A DNA stretch of 64,000 nt. It comes from Myxococcota bacterium (lineage in GTDB: Bacteria; Myxococcota_A; UBA9042; PHBI01; JAWLBL01). Numbering within the stretch: the first letter of the stretch is position 1; each line of letters begins with the position of its first letter. Positions 1 through 8,681 of the stretch are shown here, in pieces. Location of the stretch: assembly GCA_041687695.1 (NCBI GenBank), contig JAWLBL010000007.1, positions 160,001-224,000 on the forward strand. The letters are read 5' to 3'. Below the pieces are notes generated by a model, which worked only from the letters and a program-made list of their open reading frames with translations, did not search any database and was not told the origin of the DNA. A program made the translations under genes and the position numbers.

Positions 1-276
1 CGTGTCCACGCCGGCGGTGTGCGCGGTCACCGACTCGGGCGGGTGGTGGACCTGGACGTCGCACCGCACCAGGGGCGGGTCGTCGAGCACGCCCTCGAGC
101 CCGACCTCGACCGTCGGGGCGCCGTGGGGCCGGCGCTCCTCCCAGGACGAGGTCGACACGCCGCCCGCGCCGGAGAGGTGGAGCAGGCCCTGGGTGGTCG
201 CGCAGCCGGCGGCGAGCGCGGTCAGGGCGACGGTCAGGCTGGCTCCGAGGAGCGGAGCGGAGCGGGGGCGCGGCAC
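1..276 (-). CDS. Putative lipoprotein, 5' part only (runs off window edge)
   Basis: GTG at 276 preceded by AGGAGG; reads MPRPRSAPLLGASLTVALTALAAGC (lipobox LAAGC); frame open to position 1; not in the ORF track. Confidence 0.6.
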   Translation of the reverse strand, partial: MPRPRSAPLLGASLTVALTALAAGCATTQGLLHLSGAGGVSTSSWEERRPHGAPTVEVGLEGVLDDPPLVRCDVQVHHPPESVTAHTAGVDT

Positions 277-368
277 GAGGGCCTCCTGGGCAGGTCCGGG
301 AGGCGCGTCGACGCGGCGAGCGGGCGTCGCATTCAACGTCGATGGGTCACGGCGGCACGTCGGGTCGC

Positions 369-1046
369 TCAGTTCAGCGGCAACCCCGCGACACGGCTGA
401 GGAAGTTCGCCAGCAGGCGCCGCCCGGCGGGGTCGGGGACGGCGCAGTCGCGCTCGGGGTGGCACTGCAGGCCATACAGCGGACGGTTGTCCGCGCGGAT
501 GATCTGGATGTGGCAGGGGTCGCCCAGCGCGAGCAGCCGGAAGCCGCGTGGGAGCGTCTTGACCTCGTCCACGTGCGAGGCGACCAGGGTGATCTCGTCG
601 GGGAGGTCGGCGGTGAAGGGGTCCGGGTCGCCCAGCAGCCGGACGCGGACGTCCGCCTTGACCTTGGGCATGCCGGCGTAGCTGGTCGTGGCGGCCGGGA
701 CGCGGTGGACCGGGGCGACCGGCGCGCCGTGGGCGAGCGCCAGGGCCTGGTGGCCGCCGCAGATGCCCAGGGTGGGCCCGCGACGTCGGCGCACCCACCC
801 GAGGAAGGCGTCGAACGCGGCGGGGTAGGCCGGGAAGGGCGTCTCGTTGGGGCCGAGGATGACCGCGTCGGGGCGTAGGCGCCGCACCACGTCGGGGGCC
901 TCGGGCCAGGGGTGGATGGGCGCGTCGAGCCCCGGGACGAGCTCGCGGGTGACCCGCTGGATGTCGTGGCAGCCGTCGAGCATCCGCGGGTCGAGGTTGA
1001 TGTTGACGATGACGACGCGGGGGGCGCGGCGCGGTCGGTCGCTCAC
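369..1046 (-). CDS. Class I glutamine amidotransferase-like / gamma-glutamyl hydrolase-like protein
   Basis: LGICGGHQ nucleophile elbow, QCHPE His-Glu motif, SHVDEV; GTG start at 1046 with AGGAGG upstream. Confidence 0.75.
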   Translation of the reverse strand: MSDRPRRAPRVVIVNINLDPRMLDGCHDIQRVTRELVPGLDAPIHPWPEAPDVVRRLRPDAVILGPNETPFPAYPAAFDAFLGWVRRRRGPTLGICGGHQALALAHGAPVAPVHRVPAATTSYAGMPKVKADVRVRLLGDPDPFTADLPDEITLVASHVDEVKTLPRGFRLLALGDPCHIQIIRADNRPLYGLQCHPERDCAVPDPAGRRLLANFLSRVAGLPLN

Positions 1047-1324
1047 GGGTGTCCTCCTCGTGGGGGCCAGGAACACGCCAGCGCGGGTGGTGAGTCCCGG
1101 GCCCGAGGCCTGGCGAGCGTGGGCCGCGGGCGGGCGCGGTGTCAAACCGCTGAAGCGGGAGCGGGCCGAGACGGTGGCGTGTGCCCCCGTGCGGCTCCGA
1201 GTGTCACCATTTGTGACGTGTTGTCACGAGGTGGTGCGCTCGGACGGCCCGCGCGTGCGTCGCAGGGTGGGGCGGGTCGGCGGGAGGCGTCGCAAGTCCG
1301 CGGAACCCGAGGCGCTCTGGGCGT

Positions 1325-1340
1325 TGGCATGGGGCGTGCT
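1325..1340 (+). promoter_or_regulatory. Sigma54 (-24/-12) promoter
   Basis: TGGCATGGGGCGTGCT: GG-N10-GC, ~80 bp upstream of the ATG at 1420. Confidence 0.6.
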
Positions 1341-1419
1341 TTGGGGCGTGGCAGGGATGGGGCGGGCGGGTCCGGGCCGAGGCGGCGCGGACGGCGGCGG
1401 CCGGCAGCGGAGGACAGCG

Positions 1420-3324
1420 ATGAAGACCAGAGGCGACGGGATCATGACGCGAGGGGCTGGGTGGGCCGCGCTGTTGCTGGCGCTGGGGGCTTCGGCCCCG
1501 AGCCTCGCGACGGAGCAGGTGCCGGTGTGCGGCGACGGCTTCAAGGCCAGCGGCGAGGGCTGCGACGACGGCAACACGCAGGACGGCGACGGCTGCGGGG
1601 CCGACTGCGAGGTCGAGGCCGGCTGGGCGTGCGCGACCTTCGACGAACAGCCCAGCACCTGCGAGGACTGCGCGACGTCCGCGGACGGACACTGCGACGG
1701 CTGCGACGGCCCGTGCCCCAGCCCGCTCGGCGAGCAACAGTACGCCATCGCCTACGACCCGGCGGTCTGCGGCGGCGGCGGGCCGCTGTGCCCGGACGGC
1801 GAGGCCTGCGCGGCGGCCGACGACTGCATGAGCGGCGTCTGCTGGAACGGCTGGTGCGCCATCCCGAGCTGCTCGGACGGCGTGCCGAACGGGGACGAGA
1901 CGGACCTCGACTGCGGCGGGTCCTGCGCGCCGTGCGAGGCGGGGTTCGGGTGCCTCGGGGCGGACGACTGCGCCAGCGGGGTGTGCGAGGACGGGCTGTG
2001 CGGGGCGGGCGCCTGCGACGACGGCGTCGAAAACGGCGACGAGACGGACGTCGACTGCGGCGGGTCGTGCGCGCCTTGTGGGGTCGGGCAGGGGTGCCAG
2101 GTCGGGGCGGACTGCGACAGCCTGGTGTGCCTGAACGGCGCGTGCCAGCCGGCGAGCTGCGTCGACGGGGTGATGAACGGCGCCGAGACGGACACCGACT
2201 GCGGCAACGGCTGCGGGCCGTGCGCGGCGGGGCAGGCCTGCGGGGGGGCGGCGGACTGCGGCAGCGAGGTCTGCGCGGGCGGCGTGTGTCAGGCGGCGGG
2301 CTGCGGCGACGGCGTGCAGAACGGGGCCGAGACGGGCCTCGACTGCGGCGGCGGGTGCGCGCCCTGCGCGGACGGGGCGGCGTGCGGGGAGGCGAGCGAC
2401 TGCCAGAGCGGCGTGTGCGTGGGCGCGCGGTGCCAGGCGGCGAGCTGCGGCGACGGGGTCGCCAACGGCGACGAGGCGGCGGTCGACTGCGGCGGAGCCT
2501 GCGCGCCTTGCGCGACCGGGCAGACGTGCGCGGCGGACGCCGACTGCGACAGCGGCGTGTGCCAGGGCGGCGGGTGCGTCCCGGCGAGCTGCGAGGACGG
2601 GGTGCTCAACGGCGGCGAGAGCGACGTGGACTGCGGCGGCGCCTGCGGGCCGTGCGGCGACGGGGCCGGCTGCGTGTTCGCGGCGGACTGCGGCAGCGGC
2701 GTGTGCGTGGCGGGCAGCTGCGCGGCGCCCAGCTGCGGGGACGGGGTCGTCAACGGCGGTGAGGCTTGCGACGACGGCACGAGCTCGCTCGAGGCCGGCC
2801 CCGAGGGCGGCGACGGGTGCAGCGCGAGCTGTGAGGTGGAGGCCGGCTGGACCTGCGCGAGCGACGGGGCCCTGGGGAGCAGCGTGTGCGTGGCCGAGTG
2901 CGGCGACGGTGTGCGCGTCGAGGGCGTCGAGGAGTGTGACGACGGCAACGGCGCGGCCGGGGACGGGTGCGCGGACGACTGCGTGGTCGAGACGGGCTGG
3001 AGCTGCGCGCCCGGCGCGGAGGGCGTGGACGTCTGCGAGCCCGCGGCGGCCGGTGCGGAGGGCGGCGACCGCGCGGCGATGAAGCGGCGGAGCGAGCGCT
3101 TCCGGGGCGGCGAGTTCGCCGACGACCCGCGGCGCGACGGCCGGCCGGCGGCGACCCCGCCGAGCGCGACGGCGGGTGTGGTGGCCCCCCACGTCCCCGT
3201 GGCGGGCGAGCTGGGTCAGGCGGCGGCGACGGGCTGCGCGGGCGGCGGCCAGGGACAGCACGGCGCGTGGGTGGTGGTCCTGCTGGTCGCCGGGTGGCTG
3301 CGGAGGCGGCTGACGGCGGCGTGA
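1420..3324 (+). CDS. Secreted cysteine-rich repeat surface protein (Myxococcus-type Cys-rich repeats, MYXO-CTERM-like C-terminus)
   Basis: GGAGG SD; signal peptide; three CGDG..ECDDG..GDGC..C.VE.GW.C units; six 48-aa C.DGV.NG.E.D.DCG units; C-terminal GC + hydrophobic stretch + RRR. Confidence 0.8.
   Translation: MKTRGDGIMTRGAGWAALLLALGASAPSLATEQVPVCGDGFKASGEGCDDGNTQDGDGCGADCEVEAGWACATFDEQPSTCEDCATSADGHCDGCDGPCPSPLGEQQYAIAYDPAVCGGGGPLCPDGEACAAADDCMSGVCWNGWCAIPSCSDGVPNGDETDLDCGGSCAPCEAGFGCLGADDCASGVCEDGLCGAGACDDGVENGDETDVDCGGSCAPCGVGQGCQVGADCDSLVCLNGACQPASCVDGVMNGAETDTDCGNGCGPCAAGQACGGAADCGSEVCAGGVCQAAGCGDGVQNGAETGLDCGGGCAPCADGAACGEASDCQSGVCVGARCQAASCGDGVANGDEAAVDCGGACAPCATGQTCAADADCDSGVCQGGGCVPASCEDGVLNGGESDVDCGGACGPCGDGAGCVFAADCGSGVCVAGSCAAPSCGDGVVNGGEACDDGTSSLEAGPEGGDGCSASCEVEAGWTCASDGALGSSVCVAECGDGVRVEGVEECDDGNGAAGDGCADDCVVETGWSCAPGAEGVDVCEPAAAGAEGGDRAAMKRRSERFRGGEFADDPRRDGRPAATPPSATAGVVAPHVPVAGELGQAAATGCAGGGQGQHGAWVVVLLVAGWLRRRLTAA
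1870..2733 (+). repeat. Six in-frame tandem 144-bp (48-aa) Cys-rich repeats
   Basis: Unit-initial TGC codons at 1870, 2014, 2158, 2302, 2446, 2590, next at 2734: exact 144-bp period. Confidence 0.85.
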
Positions 3325-3402
3325 GACGCGCGCCCGGGGGCGGTCGACGGGGCCGGGTCCGACGAGGGTCGGGTCCGGCCTCGTCGTGTACGGGGCGTGG
3401 GG

Positions 3403-4275
3403 TCAGGCGGCCAGGAAGTCGGCGAGGAGCGTGGCGACGCGCTCGGGCTGCTCGTGGTGCAGGTTGTGGGCGGCGCCGGGGACGGTGATGACGCGGGCGT
3501 CCGGCAGCTGGGCGGCGCGGGCGTCGGCGTCGGCCGGCTTGAGGGGCGTCAGCTCGCCCCAGACCACCAGCGCGGGGCACTGGACGCGCCGCAGGAAGTG
3601 CGCGAAGCGGTCGGGGTCGAAGGGCATGGGCGCCGTCGTGCGGTGCAGCGGGTCGAACTTCCAGCGGAACAGGCCGTCGGCGCCAGGGGCCGAGGCGTGG
3701 GGGGCCAGCTCGAGGGCGAGCGCGTCGTCCATGTGCGGCGAGAGCTTCTTGAGGCGGCGGGCGACCCCCGGCAGGTCGGCGACGCCCGGCGGGGCGTGGC
3801 GGTCGCGGCGGACGACCTCTTCGACCCAGCGGCGGACGCGGTCGGGGGCGCCTTCGGCCGGGGAGGCGGTGGGGCCCAGGCCCTCGAGCAGGACCAGGCG
3901 CGAGACGCGCTCGGGGAAGGCGCCGGCGAAGTAGCTGGCGATGGAGCCGCCCATCGAGTGGCCGACCAGGGCGGCGCGGTCGAGGCCGGCGGCGCGCCAC
4001 AGGGCGTCGAGGTCGAGGACGTAGTCCGGGAAGTGGTAGTAGCCGCCCGGGCCGACGTGGCCGCTGTCGCCGTGGCCGCGGTGGTCGGGGACGATGACGC
4101 GGTGGCGGTGGGCCAGCCGGCGCGCGATGGGGGCGAACGACATGCCCTGGTCGAGGAAGCCGTGGAGCAGGACGACCGGGGGGCCGTCGGGCGGGCCCCA
4201 CTCGCGGGCGACGAGGGGGAGGTCGAGGGTGCGGTAGGCGAGCCGGCGCGGGGTGAGCGGGTCCGAGGTGGGCAT
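3403..4275 (-). CDS. Alpha/beta-fold hydrolase
   Basis: LLHGFLD, DHRGHGDS, GHSMGG nucleophile motif, C-terminal AHNLHHE. Confidence 0.85.
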   Translation of the reverse strand: MPTSDPLTPRRLAYRTLDLPLVAREWGPPDGPPVVLLHGFLDQGMSFAPIARRLAHRHRVIVPDHRGHGDSGHVGPGGYYHFPDYVLDLDALWRAAGLDRAALVGHSMGGSIASYFAGAFPERVSRLVLLEGLGPTASPAEGAPDRVRRWVEEVVRRDRHAPPGVADLPGVARRLKKLSPHMDDALALELAPHASAPGADGLFRWKFDPLHRTTAPMPFDPDRFAHFLRRVQCPALVVWGELTPLKPADADARAAQLPDARVITVPGAAHNLHHEQPERVATLLADFLAA

Positions 4276-4280
4276 GGGCC

Positions 4281-5654
4281 TCAGATGATCTCGAAGTAGC
4301 GGGCGAGCTCCCAGTCGGTGACGGCCGCGCGGGCCTGGCGCACCTCCCAGCGGCGGGTCGCGACGTAGTGGTCGACGAAGGCGTCGCCGAAGAGGGCGCG
4401 GGCCGCCTCGGAGCGCTCGAGGCGATCGGTGGCGTCCGACAGGCAGCGGGGGAGCGCGACCAGATCCTGGCCGGCGTAGGCGTCACCCGAGACGGGGGGC
4501 GGCAGCTCGAGCGCGTGCTCGATGCCCCACAGGCCGGCGCCGAGGCTGGCCGCGAAGGCCAGGTGCGCGTTCATGTCGGCGCCGACGAGGCGGTTCTCGA
4601 CGCGCATCGCCTTGGGCGAGCCGCCGCGGATGACGCGCAGGGCGGCGGTGCGGTTCTCGAAGCCCCAGGTGGCGGTGGTCGGGGCCCACAGGCCGGGGAC
4701 CGTGCGCTTGTAGCTGTTGACCGTGGGGCAGAACAGGGCCATCAGCTCGGGCAGCAGGTGCACGAGGCCGGCCAGGTAATGCCGGAAGGTCTGAGACATC
4801 CCGTCGGGGTCGTCGGGGTCGGCGAACACGGGGACGCCGTCGCGCCATAGGCTCTGGTGGACGTGGCCCGAGCAGCCGGGCAGATCCGAGGCGACCTTGG
4901 CCATGAAGGTGGCCATGACGCCCTGGCGCACGAGCAGCTCCTTGACGGCGGCCTTGAACAGGGCGGCCTTGTCGGCGGCGGCGAGGGCCTCGTCGTAGCG
5001 GATGGCGGCCTCGTAGACGCCGGGGCCGGTCTCGGTGTGGATGCCCTCGATCTCGAGGCCGAAGGCGTCGAGCTGGTCGAGCAGGTCGTGGACGAGGTGG
5101 CCGTGGGTGCTGGCGCGCAGGGCGCTGTAGCCGAACATGCCCGGGGACAGGGGCGTGAGGTGGCGGTAGCCCTTGGCGCGGACGGAGTGGCTGTCCTCCT
5201 TGAAGAGGAAGAACTCGTACTCGCCGGCCATGGTGGCGGAAAAGCCCATGTCGGCGGCGCGGGTGACCACGCGCTGCATGACCTGGCGCGGGCTGGCGGG
5301 GTAGGGCGACCCGTCGGGCAGCCGGAAGTCGAGCAGGAAGAAGGGGATGTCCTGGTCCCAGGGGACGCGGCGGAAGGTGCTGGGGTCGATGGTGCAGTCG
5401 AGGTCGGGGTAACCCGAGTGCCAGCCGGTCACCTGGACGTTGTCGTACAGCACGTCCGCCGAGTCCCAGCCGAAGACGACGTCGCAGAAGCCCATGCCGC
5501 CTTCGAGGGCCGAGGCGAACTTCTCGAAGGTGACGTACTTGCCGCGCAGGACGCCGTCGATGTCGAACCCGCCCAGGCGCACGCGGCGCGTGCCGTGGCC
5601 CTCGAGCTCGTGGAGGAGGTGATCGATGCGGACGTCGCGTCGCTGGGGGTCCAT
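4281..5654 (-). CDS. Glutamine synthetase-family protein (gamma-glutamyl-amine ligase-like)
   Basis: DIDGVLRGK, EYEFFL, HTETGPGVYE, SGHVHQS, NSYKR, ENRTAALR, RVENR; likely start MDPQ at 5654, the longer ORF upstream is a GC artefact. Confidence 0.85.
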   Translation of the reverse strand: MDPQRRDVRIDHLLHELEGHGTRRVRLGGFDIDGVLRGKYVTFEKFASALEGGMGFCDVVFGWDSADVLYDNVQVTGWHSGYPDLDCTIDPSTFRRVPWDQDIPFFLLDFRLPDGSPYPASPRQVMQRVVTRAADMGFSATMAGEYEFFLFKEDSHSVRAKGYRHLTPLSPGMFGYSALRASTHGHLVHDLLDQLDAFGLEIEGIHTETGPGVYEAAIRYDEALAAADKAALFKAAVKELLVRQGVMATFMAKVASDLPGCSGHVHQSLWRDGVPVFADPDDPDGMSQTFRHYLAGLVHLLPELMALFCPTVNSYKRTVPGLWAPTTATWGFENRTAALRVIRGGSPKAMRVENRLVGADMNAHLAFAASLGAGLWGIEHALELPPPVSGDAYAGQDLVALPRCLSDATDRLERSEAARALFGDAFVDHYVATRRWEVRQARAAVTDWELARYFEII

Positions 5655-5822
5655 GGAGCCTCCGGGTGGGGCGTGCGTGCGTGGGCGGTCGGTGCGTGGA
5701 GCGTAGCAGGTGCGCGCCTCGTGACAAGCGAGCGCCGGATCCCGTGCAATAACGCGGCCCTTGCAAGCGGGGGCCGGATCGGGGAGATAGGGAGGGCCCG
5801 CGCGGGCGAGGAGGACGACGAG

Positions 5823-6446
5823 ATGGGCGAGCCGACAGAGCAGGACAGCGTCAGCGCCCGCGCGTCGGCCGCGGACGGGGCGGGGGGGCGCGCCGTGGGC
5901 CGAGGCGGCTCGGGCGGCGAGGGCGCCCCGGCGGCCCGGGCGCCGTCCGCCTCGGGGATCGAGATGAACCAGCTGGTGCTGCCGCCCGACACGAACGTGC
6001 TCGGGACGGCCTTCGGCGGCGTCGTCATGTCGTGGATCGACATCTGCGCGGCGATGGCCGCCCAGCGGCACGCGCGCTCGGTGGTGGTCACGGCGTCGAT
6101 GGACCAGCTCGACTTCATCGCGCCCATCCGGGCGGGCCACATCGTCAACCTGCGGGCGATGGTGAACTACTGCGGGCGCACGTCGATGGAGGTCGGGGTG
6201 CGCGTCGAGTCCGAGGACCCGCTGACCGGCGAGCGCGCCCACGCGGCGAGCGCCTACCTGACCTTCGTGGCGCTCGACGCCGCCGGCCGCCCGCGCCCGG
6301 TGCCGCCGGTCGCGCCGGAGACGCGCGAGGAGCGGCTGCGCTTCGAGGAGGCGCGCGCCAGGCGGCAGCAGCGGCTGGCCCTGGCCGCCGAGCGCCGGCG
6401 CCTGGCCGAGGTCCATCGCGCTGCGCTGGAGGGCGCCGATGCGTAG
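5823..6446 (+). CDS. Acyl-CoA thioesterase (HotDog fold, YciA-like)
   Basis: VLPPDTNVLGTAFGG..MSWID, VVTASMD, GRTSMEVGV, YLTFVALD; GAGGAG SD. Confidence 0.85.
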   Translation: MGEPTEQDSVSARASAADGAGGRAVGRGGSGGEGAPAARAPSASGIEMNQLVLPPDTNVLGTAFGGVVMSWIDICAAMAAQRHARSVVVTASMDQLDFIAPIRAGHIVNLRAMVNYCGRTSMEVGVRVESEDPLTGERAHAASAYLTFVALDAAGRPRPVPPVAPETREERLRFEEARARRQQRLALAAERRRLAEVHRAALEGADA

Positions 6447-6482
6447 CCGCGCCGCTCGCCGACCCTCCGAGGGGGCTCGCCG

Positions 6483-8666
6483 ATGCTCTCGCTGACCCCC
6501 TTCATCGGCTCGCTGCCGCCGGCCAGCCTGGCCACGACGGATCTGGCCCGCTTCGTCACGCGTGCGCTGGGCCGCCGCACGCCCGACGAGCTGGTCGCCG
6601 TGCGCGAGCTGCTGGCGGACAAGGCGCTCGCCGGCTACCCGGACGAGCTGCGGCCGGCCCTGCTGACGGTCGTCGAGCGGCTGCTCGCCGAGGCGGTGCC
6701 GCCCGACGAGCTGGATCCCGAGCGCGTCGAGCGCCTGCTGGCGAGCCGCGCGTTCCTGACGGCGATGGACCGCCGCCTCAAGCTGGGCCGGCAGCCGCTG
6801 CGCCCCGGGACGCCGGTGTCGAGCCCGCTGCGCGCCACCCTGGGGCGGGCGCTGCACGTCCTGCCGGGGCACGGGCCGCAGCTGGTGCTCGTCGCGCCCG
6901 TGGATCTGTTGCGCATCGGCCAACTCGGCTGGTCGTGCCTGCGCGCGCCCGCCCTGGCCCGGCCCATGGACGGCGACCAGGCCGAGGTCGTGCGCGAGAC
7001 CTGGGCGCTCATCGAGGAGCGCTGGGGGTGGGACACGGCCGAGGGGCTGCCGCTGCGGGCGCGCTTCATCAGCGTCGCGTCGCGCCAGGACTTCGACGCG
7101 GCGCGGGTCGTGCAGGCGCTGACGGGGCTCGAGGTCGAGGCGCGCGTGGCCTTGTGGGACGCGGTCCTCGAGCACCTGCGCGACCAGGAGCTGGGCGAGG
7201 CGCGCCGCCCCGGGTGGAAGGGGCTGCACGCGCGGCTGGCGGGGCTGGGCCTGGAGGTGCCCGACGCGGAACTGCGGCCGCTGGTGGCCATCGCCGAGGC
7301 GGCGTTCCGCGCCTGCGCGCCGAGCGTCGCCGTGGCCGAGGGCCGGTGTCCGTGCACCCCGGCGGATCTGCGGGCCTTCGCCGAGTGGGCGGACGTGCCG
7401 GACGCGACCCGCGCGCGGCTGACGGCGCTGGCGCCCGAGGTCGTCGAGCACCACCTGCGGATCCTGGCCGAGCTCGAGGCCGGCCGGCTGGACGTCGCCT
7501 TCGACGACGACCTGCGGCGCGAGCTGCGCATCCTGCGCGACGCGCTGCTGCGCCCGCGGTATGGCCGCGACGCGGACGCGCTGTTCGGCGCCGACCCGCT
7601 GCTGAGGGCGCGGGCGCTGCTGGCGGCCGGTCACGACCGCGCGTGCATCGTGGCGGATCTCCGGACGCTGGCCGAGGAGGCGCGCGAGGCCGCCGAGCGG
7701 CGCCGACCCGAAGAGCGGGAGGCGACGCCGCCCGAGGTGACCGACGTGGAGCCGGGCACCGAGGCGGAGCCTGCCCCGACGCCGCCCGTGAACCCGTTCG
7801 CCGGGATGGGTGACGAGCCGCGCGCCCCGACCTCGCGCCCGATCACCGGCGGCGAGGGCGTCGCGCCGAAGAGCCCGTTCGCCGAGCCCGAGGCGCCGGC
7901 GGCCGCGCTGCCGCCGATGCCCCGTCCGCCGCCGCGCTCCCGGCCCATCACGACCCGCCGCATCGAGCTGCCGCCGATGCCCGAGCCGCCCCCGCCGAAC
8001 TGGGCCGCGACGGGCCGCGCGCGCGCACGGACCCACACCCGCCCCGCCGGCGCGCTGCCGCCCCTGGGCGACACCCCGGTGCACGGCGCGACGCCCCCGC
8101 GTCCGCCCGCGACCCCGACCGCCCGGACCTCGCCCGCGGTGCCCGCGCCCGCCGTGGCGCCCACGCCGAAGGCGCCCCCGGCGGCCCGCCCGCGCACGAC
8201 GCCGACGGTGCCGCTGCCGCCGGGCAGCATCCTGGACGGGCCCAACGCGCCGCGGCCGCGCCCGGCGACGGCCCCGCACCTGGTCACGCCGTCGCAGGCC
8301 AGCGCGTTCTACGAGTCGGCCTTCCGCGAGCTGCAGATCCTCGAGCGGGATCTGCTCGAGCGCGGCCCATGGAAGGCGGCGGTGGCGCGGGTCGCTACGC
8401 TCGAGCGCGAGGCGGACGGGCTGGCGGTGGCGCTCGGGCCGTCGGCGCGCTCGGGGGACCGGGACTTCCGGGTGGCGCTGCAGCGCGTCCAGCTGGTCCA
8501 GTCGTACCTCGGGCGCATCAAGCCGCTGCTCGAGGCCAGCCCCGAGCCGCCGCCCGCGACGCCCGATCCCACGGTGGACGAGCCGCCAGAGCCGTCGCCG
8601 GGCCCGGGTGTGTTCGGGCGCCTGGGGCGGCTGCTCAAGAAGGAGCGCGCCAAGGCCGACGACTGA
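6483..8666 (+). CDS. Hypothetical protein: helical N-terminal region, long Pro-rich linker, small C-terminal helical domain
   Basis: 727-aa ORF with genome-typical codon use; no recognisable motif. Confidence 0.65.
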   Translation: MLSLTPFIGSLPPASLATTDLARFVTRALGRRTPDELVAVRELLADKALAGYPDELRPALLTVVERLLAEAVPPDELDPERVERLLASRAFLTAMDRRLKLGRQPLRPGTPVSSPLRATLGRALHVLPGHGPQLVLVAPVDLLRIGQLGWSCLRAPALARPMDGDQAEVVRETWALIEERWGWDTAEGLPLRARFISVASRQDFDAARVVQALTGLEVEARVALWDAVLEHLRDQELGEARRPGWKGLHARLAGLGLEVPDAELRPLVAIAEAAFRACAPSVAVAEGRCPCTPADLRAFAEWADVPDATRARLTALAPEVVEHHLRILAELEAGRLDVAFDDDLRRELRILRDALLRPRYGRDADALFGADPLLRARALLAAGHDRACIVADLRTLAEEAREAAERRRPEEREATPPEVTDVEPGTEAEPAPTPPVNPFAGMGDEPRAPTSRPITGGEGVAPKSPFAEPEAPAAALPPMPRPPPRSRPITTRRIELPPMPEPPPPNWAATGRARARTHTRPAGALPPLGDTPVHGATPPRPPATPTARTSPAVPAPAVAPTPKAPPAARPRTTPTVPLPPGSILDGPNAPRPRPATAPHLVTPSQASAFYESAFRELQILERDLLERGPWKAAVARVATLEREADGLAVALGPSARSGDRDFRVALQRVQLVQSYLGRIKPLLEASPEPPPATPDPTVDEPPEPSPGPGVFGRLGRLLKKERAKADD

Positions 8667-8681
8667 CGGCCGCGGCCGGGC

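Noticed and set aside
4281..8279. 1332-aa ORF as a giant GS fusion, and other very long Arg/Pro/Gly-rich ORFs (e.g. 32687-35902, 38147-41284, 53738-57061)
   Set aside because: Shadow or antisense frames caused by high GC; recognisable proteins occupy other frames or only the 3' part
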